A stretch of DNA of 58,860 nt, the filler included, from Sphacelaria rigidula (lineage: Eukaryota), in NCBI GenBank assembly GCA_964200075.2. It is 7 parts of 7 records of this genome, joined end to end, with 100 filler letters (N's around TTAATTAATTAA, not from the genome) between each part and the next. Parts side by side here need not be neighbours in the genome. Positions count along the whole stretch, not along the records: positions 8,425 to 16,747 come from CAXNAA020011520.1; positions 16,848 to 25,170 come from CAXNAA020011521.1; positions 25,271 to 33,593 come from CAXNAA020011522.1; 4 more parts are not named here. One strand, given 5' to 3'. Positions within the stretch are counted from its first letter, which is position 1; the number at the start of each line of letters is the position of its first letter. Below are positions 14,109 to 26,430 of this stretch, in pieces. A program made the translations under genes and the position numbers. The notes beneath the pieces were generated by a model. That model ran no database searches, was not told the origin of the DNA, and saw only the letters and a list, made by a program, of their open reading frames with translations.

Positions 14109-15767
14109 TAGTGTTCGATATCGAACCACTTACTTGTTATCACTTCGATACCATATCGAACTTTTAAGCGTTCGATTATTAGTGTTTGTTGGGATATGGT
14201 TTTTATTTTTGGTTGGGAGTGGTTGGGGTTGGATGATTATTTTCTGGATTGGATTATTATTTTTTGGAAAAAGGGAACACGATACCGACATATATTCCGG
14301 TACGTTTCGGCGAAGCCAAAGTGCGAGAGCGAGCGGGCGAACGTAGCCGAGTCGGTTCGCTGCGCGAGTCCCTAACCCCCCCCCCCTCCCCCCCCGGCTG
14401 GCGAAGGGGCTCCGCGCGAGGCGCGGCCGGAGGCGAGAAAATTTCGTTAGCTGTATTTTTGGTTTCATTTCCCATTAAAATTGGTCTACGGTAGTCAAGG
14501 CTGCCCGGCCCAGGTTACAAAACATGCCAGGGTTTGACGAAACCTAATGGTCACGAGGTTTCGAGATTGGCTGCTGAACGAAAAATTCGCGTGCAAAAAT
14601 CTGTGCTTGCCGACTCCCGCCAGGCTGCCCAATAATCTATGGAGATCGCCGTAGATTTTATTGCACACGGATAATTGTTCAGCGGCCGCTCTCGAAACCT
14701 TGGAGCCAAGCGAACCTGAAAAGTGGGCTAGGCTCCTCTCTGTGGGGTGATGCAACGTGTCCAGGACGTGTGTTGGCGATTTCCCCTGTTTGGGAGGTCA
14801 AAAAGTGGCTTTAACGTCCCAAGTGAGCAATCCGTGGGCCAAAAATCCGTGTGCCATAACATCTGGCCTGACAGGGAATTCTGAAAAATGCGTGGGAATG
14901 GTTTTGTGTAAGGGAATAGACGGATAGGTCGAAATCGTTCGTAATATATATACGAGGTTTCACGAATTGCGAAGATTTTTCAAGTGAGCGAGGCCGCACA
15001 TCACGGCCGGAGAATACATTTGGATTTTCAACCAAAAGTATTTCGATGCTCGCTTGTGAACATCCCCCAAGGCTCATCCTGAAAATTCCATCCGTAATGC
15101 ATGAAATCCTGTGTTAAAACGGCACCAAACGAGGACATACATGCCACCACATGCCCTTCCATTGAGAGCAGAAGGTTAACACAACAGGTCAATGAAGGGC
15201 GTGAAGGCACCCCGAGTACCTCCGCCTTGAATTGACCTTGCTGCTACTGTGCCCATATTCTTGACATTTAGGTGGAAAGAGATTGTTTCAAGCGTGCAAT
15301 ACGCAAACCCGGAGACGTCAGAGAAAAATTGAGAGCGCAAGAGAAAAGCACGCATACATGGAGACGAAAAGTCGAGGGGGAAAAGAGAAGAGGCATTATA
15401 TAATCGGCACATATCAACGAGCAGACGTGTGAGAATTTTATGCCGAAAAAAGGAGTGTGACCAGCGACGAGAAATGACTATCTCCTTGAAGCATATTCTT
15501 GCCCGAAGATAAGAGCAGAGATCGCCAAAATGAAATGCAGAATGGATAAGAAGCTACCGATCACACCTTACCAGCTATATTTATATGTGTTGAATAATAC
15601 CTCGGTATTCAAGATAAAATACAGCACTCATCGTGTCGTATCATATCGCATCGAAATTATCGATATCGTCGTCATCATCGTTTTATCGAACTGTTTTCGA
15701 TACGATAGCAATAATAACCATATTCCAACACGATGTATCTATCCTTTCGATACGATACCCAACACTA
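14109..15767. mobile_element. Possible non-autonomous TIR element (TAGTGTT termini, CGATA-rich subterminal repeats)
   Basis: Left end tagtgttcgatatcg (14109); right end cgatacccaacacta (15767). CGATA/TATCG motifs cluster at 14110-14290 and 15600-15870. No TSD match. Confidence 0.4.
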
Positions 15768-16995
15768 ATACGCAACGCATAGTAGTTGCTATTGCGACCA
15801 AAAGGACATGGAAGCCTGTATCATACGAGTATCGTTTTTTTTTCTGGTACTACTAATAGCAACTGTATCGAACTTTCACACCAAGCCATGGAGGTTATTC
15901 TTTATGTCCCACTTTGAATAACACCCCCACCCCTTCCTCAGGACGAGTCCTTGATCTCAAGGGGTCAGCCCATCTGTTCCAGTTACAGGCCGTGCATTTT
16001 CGTCTCGCGGATTGGATCATGACTATCATCAGCACTCCCGTACCGCGTCAACTCACACTCTCGACGTTGGAAACAAGATATTTCGGAGGGAAAATGCAAC
16101 ATATCGGCAATCCAACCCACTTTTCTCTCCACCCTCATGGTGATAGTTGAGCCATTTCAATTTACATCACCGGGGTGGGGCGGTTTTCGTGCAATACAGT
16201 TCAGAATTACTGTTGCTACCGAAGCTTGGGTTTGTGCTCGAGTCATGCTACGATAGGGGGAGGGGGCGGGGGGGGGCGTTCTCATGTGTTGCTTGCCTTA
16301 GTCGTCTGACCATTGACCACGCATCCCTTCCGAGACGGAGCACGGGGGGCGGGGGGGGGGGTCGATTCTACGAAAAAGTTGGCTCATAGGTGCGTCAGAC
16401 GACCCAACACACTGGCGGTGCGCTTGCATTTGGGTAAAAGCGATGTCAAACAGTATAAATGCGCGTTATCTGTTGGAAGCAAGCGGGTTCGAAGAACCGC
16501 CGCTGCTATCAACGACGATTGCAAGTAGAATTTCGTGGAAGAAAACAACCCAATATACCCCCCGCCCCCTATCGTAGACCAGCAGTAACATGAGCGAGCC
16601 ATGCTACGATAGGGGAGGGGGGGAATATTGGCTAAGGCGAGCAACAAATGAGTACGCCCCCCCCCCCCCCCCTCCCCCCCCCCCCACCCCCCACCCACCC
16701 CACCCCCCACTCTCCGCTCGCCACCCCTCCTCTCCTCCCTGCGTTCGNNNNNNNNNNNNNNNNNNNNNNNNNNNNNNNNNNNNNNNNNNNNTTAATTAAT
16801 TAANNNNNNNNNNNNNNNNNNNNNNNNNNNNNNNNNNNNNNNNNNNNCTAAAAAGGCGTGTGCCCCCAGTAGATTTGTACTGCAAGCACTAGATCGGGTA
16901 TACCTCAAATAACAGAACTGTAGCTCTTATTCGTATTCCCCCCGTACGTCATGATCCAGTCTTGATATCCGATCCTGGAGCGTAAGTATAATTGC

Positions 16996-18623
16996 TTAGC
17001 AGCCGCCTACGGCTTCGAAGCTTGCGTCCGAGAGGTAGTGTCGGTGGGCAGGTCGCTTTACTATGGAGTAGCAGCGTGCACTCAGAGACTCACCACGCTG
17101 CAGGTCGGCGTGAAATTCTTCTCCTACCTCTACTGTGCGGCTCTGGTTGTCTCTCGCTCTAGAATCGTGGAGACTCGCAAGGCGCAGAGTCCTCCATACG
17201 AAAAACGTTCCTGGTCTCGCATTGCGTATGTGAGGTTCCACAGCTTTCCTGCCAGGCTCAATATTTATCTAGCAGTCGCTGAACGTCGAGTGGGGGGCCA
17301 CTCGGTTAGCAACGTCTGTCGGAGCGCTTCGACCTTCTCGCGGGATACGGAAACCCGCATAGTGTGCGAGTTGATGGTCAGGCCCAACGCCTCTATCTCG
17401 GTATCCCAACCTGTACTCTTTTGGGGGGCTAGAATAGGTATCTCGCCTTCTTCTCCGTTGCCGAAGAGTCTGACGTGGTCGGATGCGAGGGACGCGGACG
17501 CGATCAAGGCGCTCGTGTCGTCATCGGAGTGCTGTACGCGAATCTGCAGGTAGTCGTCTACGTACACTGACGTGAAGAAATTATCATGTAAGCCTCCTGC
17601 TGGGTGTGGGGTGGTCGTAGAATCTTTTGGAATTGGTGTGGGGTCCCCCGTTTCCCACCGATCGACTACCTTTACATGAGCTGTCATCTCCTTGCCTTCT
17701 GGCAGTAAAACCGCGTTGTCAATGTTCGTGTTGTAGTGGGCGTGTTCTGCCACCGATGCCAACACTCCCCAGAAACCTGGCGAGCCTGACCAGCCGAACG
17801 TGAGCCGGAAGTCACACACGACTAGGTTGACCACAACGTAGCCGAATTGATGGTCGTGGTCTGGATCTATCCTCACATTACGGAACGCATCCGATACATC
17901 GGCCTTTGCCATTAGTATGCGTTTTTTGGGGTATTTTTTTCGCATCGAAATGAGCTTTGAGGAACTTCTGCAGCGCTTCTCCGTATAAACAGGCCGGCAC
18001 GTCTTGAGGGTTTGTGTCACCCTTCAGCCTTCCTTTTCTTTTCCGAGTGCGTTGCGCGTCGAAAGACAAATCGTTGATTATGCGGATTTTGTGTGTGGTT
18101 ACTGCTCCCAGGGGGTACAACCGCAGGTTCGGGGTTTTTTGGACGACCGACTTTTCGACTATCAGACACTTTCCCCTGCGTACATAATTTCCCAGTTTCC
18201 CCCCAAATTCTCGGTAGTTGATCGTGGGCGCTACTGTGGTTGCCGTACTGTAGTGCGCAGTAGAGGTTCTCTTGTGTGGGGGATGCAGTGACTGTCGCAC
18301 CAACGGGAACACCTGTGGTTACGATAGTAACGAGTCCGTCTGTCTGCGGGAAAACCTTGTTCTCCCCGAAATACTTCCTGATCTCGTGCGGGTCTACCGG
18401 CGGCATGACTAGCGGTCCCCCGAATAGACCTCGCGACATCCCCAATGCGTCCACCGTGTTTTTCCGTGATGCACATGCAAATATTTGCGAGTCTGTACAG
18501 TATGTCTTCCTTTTTCTTGGCTGTGATACCTGATTTTTCCAAATCTCCTTTTTCTGAGAACCACAGTGCTACTAGTTCAGCGTCAGACTGTCCCGACTCA
18601 TCTTCACCGTTAGGAGGCGGCAC
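16996..18623 (-). pseudogene. DIRS-type reverse transcriptase-RNase H, frameshifted
   Basis: Motifs YGNHSSA, PLGAVTTHKIRIINDLSF, KADVSDAFRNVRI, RLTFGWSGSPGFW, catalytic YVDDYL and LGLTINS, then SLAGKLWNLT and the RNase H motif LSDASFEAVGG. These are spread over ORFs 18231-18623, 18017-18454, 17878-18312, 17265-18020 and 16996-17241. Confidence 0.9.
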
Positions 18624-18744
18624 CGCCGCCGACCCGCTAGACTGAAAACCAGCACATGATATACCTGTTTTCTGTCCGACACCGGACGCGGAACTACTGG
18701 CCCCTTGATCCGTTGAGGAACTTGATCCGTTGAGGAACTACTAG

Positions 18745-19245
18745 CGGGTTAACTGGCCCCTGGTTCGCCGGAAGGGTAACTGGCCGTGTGTTCACTGAGG
18801 TGGCAACTGATCCTACGATCACTGGTGGAATACCTGTCGTCGTGTTCACTGGAGGGGTAACTGGCCCCATGTTCAGTGAAGGGGTAACTGGCCCCATGAT
18901 CACTTAAAGGGTAACTGGCCCCACGGTCACTACTGGGGTAACTGGCCCCACGGTCAGTGAAGGGGTAACTGGCCCCATGATCACTTAAGGGGTAACTGGC
19001 CCCACGATCGCTGCTGGGGTAACTGGCCCCATGATCACTTAATGGGTAACTGGCCCCATGATTGCTCAAGGGGTAACTGGTCCCACGGTCACTGAAGGGG
19101 TAACTGGCCCCATGGTCACTCAAGAGGTAACTGGCCCCACGGTCACTGAAGAGGTAACTGGCCCCATGGTCACTGAAGAGGTAACTGGCCCCATGGTCAC
19201 TGAAGAGGTAACTGGCCCCACATTCATGAGTGGCGTAACTGGTCC
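18745..19245. repeat. 27-bp tandem array, ~14 conserved plus ~5 degenerate units
   Basis: Unit is approximately ggggtaactggccccatggtcactgaa at an exact 27-nt period (18857, 18884 ... 19208). It is open on the minus strand as (DHGASYPxS)n in ORF 18749-19582. Confidence 0.95.
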
Positions 19246-20245
19246 CTGCCGCATGCAAAATTGGCGTGGCTTGTTCTAATGTGCCAGGGGTTACTCTTGT
19301 CGGCGGCGCTACGCCGACCGCCTGTGAGAGCGACACTGAATGGGTTTTTGCTATCTGGTGGGTTACGCGATCGTGTCCTGAGTTAACTGACGTGACAAAC
19401 TGCTGAGGACACACTGATACCCCGTTTCCTTTGTAACCCTGATTCCCCATGTGTTCACAACCCCGGTCGCAAGGCACCGCTACCTCTGTCTGCTCTACAT
19501 CTCTCACCATGAAACACGGTCGCTGGGACCGACCCAGGTGAAGGTGCCCCGATAAGCCCCACGGGCCTAGAGGCGTCCGCAAACATCGTGCTTACGTCGC
19601 TACCCGCTTCTCCTGTCAATGTCGGCCCTGCCGGTGGGCAGAGCCCGCGCCCTCATCCGCTCCCGTTTCCTCTCCCGCCGGCGGCGCTACCCTCCCGTCC
19701 CCCGCCGCGCCCTCCGTAGCTGTGTGAATACCGTGCTACCGGTGCCGGGGCGGGCGCCGATTACTGGTGCTGGTGAGCAGGTAGTTGTTGCACCTGAGTT
19801 CGTGCCTGCTGTGCCGGGGTTGGCGGAGGCTGCGGGGGCGGGGGCGGTGGTGGTGTCTGGGCTGGCGCCGGCGCTGTCGGCGTCGGCGTAGACTGCGCCT
19901 GCCCGGATGCCGGTGGGGACACGATATCGTGTGAAAACCTGCAGTTGTTGCGCGTGCAGGGTTAGTTCTGCCAGTGGTGAACGAAACATCCCTCGGAGTC
20001 TGCCACTGGGCCTTTCTCTGCACGAAGGTCGACGGGGGTCCCACCGGCGTGGAGTTCCTCGAAAAGGGGGGAACTGGGGGGCCTGCCTGCGACGTCGCTT
20101 TCCGTTTTTTGTTTGGTTTTGCCTCGCCGACCGGCCAGAATGCGGACTTCTCGACGACGATGGCTTTTAGTTTTGTACAAGCCGGCGCCGCTACCGGCTC
20201 CCTCGTCATCGACGGCGAAACTACGGCCGGGCATGTCCTCCGGAG

Positions 20246-21133
20246 CTATGGTGCCTGAAGTGCCACCCGGTAGAAGAACTCCTCTATGCCGGTGTCCATG
20301 GCTGTTAGAAGCTTGTCGCGGACCGTCGTTTTACGTGGGTACAGTGATGTGTAGTGATAATCTATATACTCCCTTACTTGGTTAGCTACCCATTCGAACT
20401 TCGACTGAAGGGCGCGCGTGCGTGTCTTGCATAACTCGGGAGCGTACTCCATGGGGGTGAGCAAAATCGTGAACAGGGACGCGACAAACGTGTGAAAATG
20501 CACATCAGCCGGCATGTCCACGGGGGTCGAGCCTGGTGGCACCGTTTTTTTCAAGTATATTGTCTTGAAATTGGCCAGGGTTTGCAGCTGGTTGGCGGAC
20601 GCGTACGTAATGTGAGCCACCTTCTTGAGCGTGATTTGTCGTAGGTGGAAAGTGATATCTTCGCTCACATCAACGCCCCCCCTCAGGAGGAAAAACATGG
20701 GCCCAGTGGTGGCCCGCCACGAGTCGACGGCACGTTTGGCATTTTCTTTTACATCAGCCTGTTCAGCTGCGGTCCGTTGTGCCGCCGCCTGCGCGCCAGC
20801 TGCTGAAACCTGCGGTTGTGGTGGTTGTTGCCACCCGTTCCCAACCTGTAGCGGTGGTTGCTGCGGGGGTACCTGCGGGAGTTGTAGCGGCTGCGGCTGC
20901 TGGTTATTGTCGACAGCCTGCAGGCGATTGGTCAACTGGGCCAATGCAGCCAGTACGTGTTGCTGGAATACCTGCTGTGACATGACGGGTGCTTGCAGTA
21001 CGCCCTGAGGTTGGTCGACTGCCGCTGCTGCTACCGCGTGTGGGTTATTATGCCCTGCCATCCCCTCGCCGCCTTGGTGTGCTTGGCTCCCGCCGCCGGC
21101 TATGGGAGGTCCACCGGCCCCCACCCCAGCCAT
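20246..21133 (-). CDS. Putative Gag/ORF1 of the DIRS-like element
   Basis: 295-aa ATG-started ORF with a G/A/Q/P-rich N-terminus and a helical C-terminal half, upstream of and co-oriented with the RT. Confidence 0.6.
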   Translation of the reverse strand: MAGVGAGGPPIAGGGSQAHQGGEGMAGHNNPHAVAAAAVDQPQGVLQAPVMSQQVFQQHVLAALAQLTNRLQAVDNNQQPQPLQLPQVPPQQPPLQVGNGWQQPPQPQVSAAGAQAAAQRTAAEQADVKENAKRAVDSWRATTGPMFFLLRGGVDVSEDITFHLRQITLKKVAHITYASANQLQTLANFKTIYLKKTVPPGSTPVDMPADVHFHTFVASLFTILLTPMEYAPELCKTRTRALQSKFEWVANQVREYIDYHYTSLYPRKTTVRDKLLTAMDTGIEEFFYRVALQAP

Positions 21134-21489
21134 GCCGTCTTCATGTAGTGCCAGATTTTCATCTCCGCCTGCTTGAGCCGCGCCCCCGCCAATGCCAGAT
21201 ATGATGTAAAAGCCGATTGATCCTCTGCGAAGCGCGCTAGTTCTTGCGTACTTCGCCTTACTTGTGCTGCTTATACCAGTCGGCTGCTGCTAGATGAAGG
21301 CTACTCGTTGCTGGTGATGGTATCTGTACTCGTGTGTGCGGCAACCTAGCTGCGATGGCCAACTTTTCTACTGGCAGCGGCACTGCAGCTGAGAAACAAG
21401 GACAGACACCGTACCGTTTTTCTGTACGTACGTCCCACATTGTCAGAATTCGTACACGCCTCCGCAAACACCGCTTTCATACTGAACGC

Positions 21490-21710
21490 TACATTTTCCT
21501 CCAGAGGGATTGAACGCCTCTGGAGGCTTGTTTTTGCCTCTTGAGGACCGCGCATCTCTGCGAAGGCATTTTGCTACCCCCAAATTCCTCCGGAGGGATG
21601 CGCGGCCGTTCAGGTCGGTAGTGTTTGGTTTCTTCCCTCCAGAGAGATTGAAGGCCTCCGGAGGCTTGTTTGTCTCTGGAGGGCCACGCGCCCCTTCGGA
21701 GACATTTTGG
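21490..21710. repeat. Short repeat element with duplicated palindromic CCTC(C/T)GGAGG units
   Basis: ctccagagggattgaacgcctctggaggcttgttt (~21500) recurs as ctccagagagattgaaggcctccggaggcttgttt (~21640). Confidence 0.55.
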
Positions 21711-22881
21711 GGGCAGCCAAAACACAGATTTCAGCTCTAAAAGCGATATCTCATCGACATGGACGAGTTGGCCCATGATCCGCATATCGTATTAATCGTT
21801 TAGAGGTAAATGTACCAATAAAGGTACGCTTAAGGCACCTGACGGGGGAACTCTGGTTCGTAGGAACCACGACACGTAGAACAATGACCAGAGTATCCGG
21901 AGAAAGACACTTCAATCCTCTATCACCCAAGCTTCTCAAAATTGAAAAATAATCAAACCACGTTGCAGGAGTAGATGTGGAGTATGGCTCTATTGACATA
22001 CAAATGCGGCCAAAACACCCTCTGTTTCCATTACGGTACACTTTACGCAGCAGTTGATTCCTCGCGGCCTTAGACGTCTCAGATCTTCTCCTTTGGTACA
22101 AATGTTTATGATATTAACTCAATCCTGGAAAATGGGGTTGATCTCTAAAATGATGTTCAAGTGGCATATTTGTTTTGCAGGGATGATGCCAAACAGTTAC
22201 ACAGAGCGAAAACATATTTCCCCCCAAAACTCTGCAGCAGTGAAGCAGTTGTTGCTAAGTGCACCCAACGAATGCGGTGTACACGCGTGTCGATGACGGT
22301 ATAGTATCACCAGAGAGAGAAGCAACGACAGAGAGGAAGCTCCTCGCCCGTGTCCTTTGTGTGTCCTCGCTCGGCGATCACCAATCGCTCGAGAGACTGA
22401 CATCATGCATGTCACCAGCATGTACCCAATTCATCATGTACCGGTAGGCATGTTATTATGTTGCTGCGCACAGCCCCTCACACAACATCGAGGTGCGGAG
22501 GGATCGCGTCTCTTCATGTCTGTGGAGCTCACCAATGCGAGTATCGGTTTCTCTCTGCCTCTCGTTTTGGACAGAACGACAGGACACGCCTCTGTGCGCT
22601 GAAAAACATGTTGGTAAACAGGGCAATGTTCCCGTCACCGCTACTACTGTCAGACACATGCCAGCAAGCACGGTGCTGCTGCGGCGAAAACAACAGACCC
22701 AAGGGGTGTTATTCATCGTTAATTTTACCCGACATGTGACCATCTATTACAGGTGCCCGACTACAAGAGCGTGCCACAGGCCAGTTGGGGGTGGTGTATG
22801 AGAGATCAAACACTTGTGGCGACCTTCATGACATGCAGGGTGAAAAAAGATACCTTTGGTAGTGACCTAACTCTTGCTAGC

Positions 22882-23132
22882 TGTAGAGTAGTCCACTTAC
22901 AGTATACATGCAACATGTAGATATGCGGTGGATCCTGGATTGATTGGTTAGAGGATGATTATTGGATGCGTAACATATCGTGTTCGTGAGCAAAACCCAT
23001 GAAGCTTACTTCCAGTTTAATGAAGACAACTGTTTGTATAACTGCTCTGTCTTGGAGCCTCTGAAGCCCTGCTGGGGAGGAAGCCTGTGGAGCAAGCATT
23101 TAGACCTTGTTCTGATTCCAGACAAGTCTATA
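22882..23132 (+). repeat. 5' LTR of Gypsy element A
   Basis: Starts tgtagagtagtccac, identical to 55133, and shares cttggagcct...ggaggaagcc...ggagca with that LTR. Ends gtctata and lies upstream of gag. Confidence 0.7.
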
Positions 23133-25170
23133 GTAAACGTTTACTCAAGAAACTTGTGGTTTCTGAACGGTGTCGTTGAACCCTAAAAAAGGCGAGGACG
23201 CTCGTTGAATAACACGGGGGTAGATACGACGGAGCACGGAGCGCAGGAAGCGTTTGAAAGATGGCGTAAACGAAAGTGAGCAAGGAGTCTACATCTGACA
23301 AGGAGGGGGACGACGAAGAGGTGAAGTTCAATTTGACGGATTTGATTACGGGGGGATCGCTCAACGCGCCTGAGTATGGGTGCTTGTTTAGTGAGCAAGC
23401 ACCGCGACGGTTTTTGCAGTAATATCAGGAATACGAACAGGCTGTTCTGCGACGAAACAAGACTCCAACTGTAAAGAGCGCACTATCGACCATGAAGGCG
23501 CTAGTGCCTCGGCATGTACAACACTATTTGTCGGACACTATTTTTGATGCACTTAGCTCTCTAACGCCCGGAGTAGGGAAGGGATCGCACGGCATGCGAA
23601 ATGCTCGGTAGGAATGGAAATTGATTCAACTGAGGCCACAGCCGGTGTAAAAAAGGCACTTGCTGCACGATCCGATTCAACTGCCCTGCGTCGAGTGAAA
23701 GGACAGTGGAGTGCCTTACAAGAATATTTCAAGGAAAATGAGGGTGCAGAGCGTGTTTTCCGCGAAATGGACCGTTTCTATAAACCAGGCCCGGCAGATA
23801 TCATCACTAGAGCCATGATTGCCGTCTGACCCCTCCAGAATTCAAAACTAAAGTCCAAAACAAACTGAAAATGACGGGGGGGGGGGTGGAAAAAGCAACC
23901 GAAACTTGTATACGATATCGCTCGTGAGGTGGCGAAACTGTGACGAACTGTCGAGGAGGTTGATCAGCAGCGCCGATCCGCTCCACAGCTCAAGAACAAG
24001 GAGGTGGGTTCGCAAGGACAGAAGAAACTGTTGACGGCAGCTAGCGCCGCAGCCGCGACTGTTGTATCAAGTGATAGCGGATCGGAATCCAGAAAATCTC
24101 GCAGACCCGGCCCCTGATTACGCAGGATGTTCCGAGTGTGGGGACAAAAATTGTTTTAGAAAACACTGTCAGAAGAAAAACAAGCTTGCAGCTAGCGGAG
24201 GTGGGGATGGCGGACACGTACAGCCGCGGCAACAACAGCAAACGGCGTAAGCTCCGCGGGGCGGGAGCCTGGGTCCTACCCCTACCCGGGCTGTTTTTCC
24301 AGGAGATGGTCGTCAAGGGGGCACCAACGTGCTGATAGTACGTTGCAGCCCCCGAGCCGACTCTTCCGGTTTCTACAGTACAGCCTCCGCCGTCGACAGA
24401 AACAGTTCAGCAGTGGACATCGGCGGCAGTGCCAGCGTCGCGGGGCTTACACATTGCTTCCGAGGTGGCAGAGCTGGATGCCGAGGGTTTGGACGTGGAA
24501 AATAGGCAGCAATGCTGCCGAGCTGATCTGTCTGTCCTAGGTTCCGTCGTACAGACAGTCTGTCCGGTCAAGGCTGTTTTGGACTCTGAGGCTAGACTAA
24601 CCATTGTGTCTGAACGGGTGGCGACCCAGTTGGAAAACCCGTTTCCTGGAGTGTCAATTGTGATATCAATGGCACGTGGACACCCGGTAAGACTGGCTGA
24701 CGGTATCGTGAAAACACCATGCACTCGAAAACCTGTCTGGTTCGTACGGCACTCCACACGAGCTGGGAGCCGGTGGTGCTTGAGCCCTGCCGGTATGTGG
24801 TTATGCCCGGCGCTGATAATGTGGTTATTGTCGGGAGCAAAACTCTGGCGAAAATCGGCATCAATATCTACAGAATGATCTGGGTGCATGCGCGCAAGCA
24901 GAATGCCCTCATTTTTCGAGGTATCGAGACGCCTGAGTTCCGCGAGTGCAGGCGCGTGAGTCTCGCGGTGGAGGAGCTCCAGGAGACGACCGGTCACGAG
25001 GAACCGGTGAATTCATCCGTCGAGCGACTGGTGTCACGGGGTCCGGATAAGTTTATGCCACCAGAGCAAGAGCTTGTTGAGCGCAAAGTGGCGCTGCAGC
25101 GGGGGGGGGGGGGGGGGGGGTGCATCTGTTGTCTGGCTGCTTCCGTAAACGCCCGGGGGAGCTGCGCAGC
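22882..25170 (+). mobile_element. Ty3/Gypsy retrotransposon A (LTR, decayed gag, protease), cut at the contig end
   Basis: Degenerate zinc knuckle GCSECGDKNCFRKHC, protease VKAVLDSEA, and LHTSWEPVVLEPCRYVVMPGADNVVIVGS, all homologous to the element at 55133-58860. Confidence 0.85.
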
Positions 25171-25270
25171 NNNNNNNNNNNNNNNNNNNNNNNNNNNNNN
25201 NNNNNNNNNNNNNNTTAATTAATTAANNNNNNNNNNNNNNNNNNNNNNNNNNNNNNNNNNNNNNNNNNNN

Positions 25271-25329
25271 CCCAAACTCGACGATCAGAAGGTTACGAGG
25301 TTACCAACTGAGCCACCGGGGCGACCGGT
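25271..25329 (-). mobile_element. tRNA-derived SINE-like 5' head, cut by the contig start
   Basis: The minus strand reads gccccggtggctcagttggtaacc, a Pol III A-box in a tRNA-like 5' arm. The B-box is lost at the gap. Confidence 0.55.
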
Positions 25330-25440
25330 CGGTGGAAAACAAAAATCCTGATCTGATAGGTCATGATTTCAACCATCGTCGTATATTTTGAAGATGGTTG
25401 AAATCATGACCTATCAGATCAGGACTTTTGTTTTCCACCG
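25330..25440. repeat. Near-perfect hairpin (51-bp arms, 2 mismatches, 9-nt loop); MITE or pre-miRNA-like
   Basis: Left arm cggtggaaaacaaaaatcctgatctgataggtcatgatttcaaccatcgtc; its reverse complement lies at 25390-25440. Confidence 0.9.
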
Positions 25441-26430
25441 CATTTTTCGATCGAAAACCCATGAGCTAAGACAAGGCCTCAACCCTGTGTCAGTGAAATA
25501 ATTAAATTGAGTCTTCGAGCGACCTGTCTAATCAGCGAGGCGACATTTTTAATGACCAACCTCGAACGATCAGCGCGGGGTTTGTCGGCGAGTGTGATGC
25601 CACTACAAAGATCTATCCCTGGCCCAGATAAGCCTTCCCAGGCTTCCGAGTGCAGGGCGGTCGGAACTTGGTTATTATATGATATTACTTGCACTGAGTA
25701 CAGCGTTCCCGAGTTTTCCGGGGGGGGGGGGTTGTCACAATTTTTATACAAAAACGTAGTGACTACACCAACATAGGGTCGGCCGGGAAAACCGGGAAAT
25801 AGTGTCCGTGCTACAATGTGGTCATTCATTTCAAGAGGCACAAAACCCAGGTGGGCCACGGAAAGACAAAAGGAGCTACCGTCATGAATTCTGCTCATCC
25901 CTCTGCCGATTACTTGCAGTGTGTACTTAACATGTATGTAGTGGGCGGGGATGAAGAAGCAGTATATAGGTAGTTGATCTCGGTAGCTGAGAGTTGGCCA
26001 GAACGTGCAAGGGAGTATGCAGCGGTAGCTGCTGCTTCAGTGGAAGAGGCGTACTACACTGTACTGTCTGTTGTACTAAACTGTTTTTTGCGTGCGCGCC
26101 GCGACGGTGATGATACCCTTCGAAGGGATTTTGCCGCATTCAACAAAGGGCCGTGTGGCCAGGTGATGAGGACAAAAGTATCATCGAAAGCCACAAGTGG
26201 CGGACGGCCCGCCGGTCGCCGCATCTTATTGGAAGCTCTCTACCGCGACCCATATTGCTCGCTACATCAGATGCACACCACCTAATGCGCACGCTGCACC
26301 TGAAAATAGATTGGACGAACTTTCGGTCTTCGTCATAACCCTGCGGTTATTACATACGCGGCTTTTCAGCAACAACACGCCACTGTTTCGTGTAGACGCC
26401 AGACACGTCATTCCTGACCAGCCTCATTGA

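Larger units (their letters stand above)
16848..21133 (-). mobile_element. DIRS/Ngaro-like retrotransposon, degenerate and cut by the contig start
   Basis: Gag-like ORF, a tandem array, then a frameshifted RT-RNase H with DIRS-type motifs. The tyrosine recombinase is not seen and would lie beyond the contig end. Confidence 0.8.

Noticed and set aside
18745-19245. CRISPR-like look (constant core plus variable part)
   Set aside because: The variable parts are only 12 nt and homologous to one another, there are no cas genes, and the array lies inside a retroelement. It is a minisatellite.
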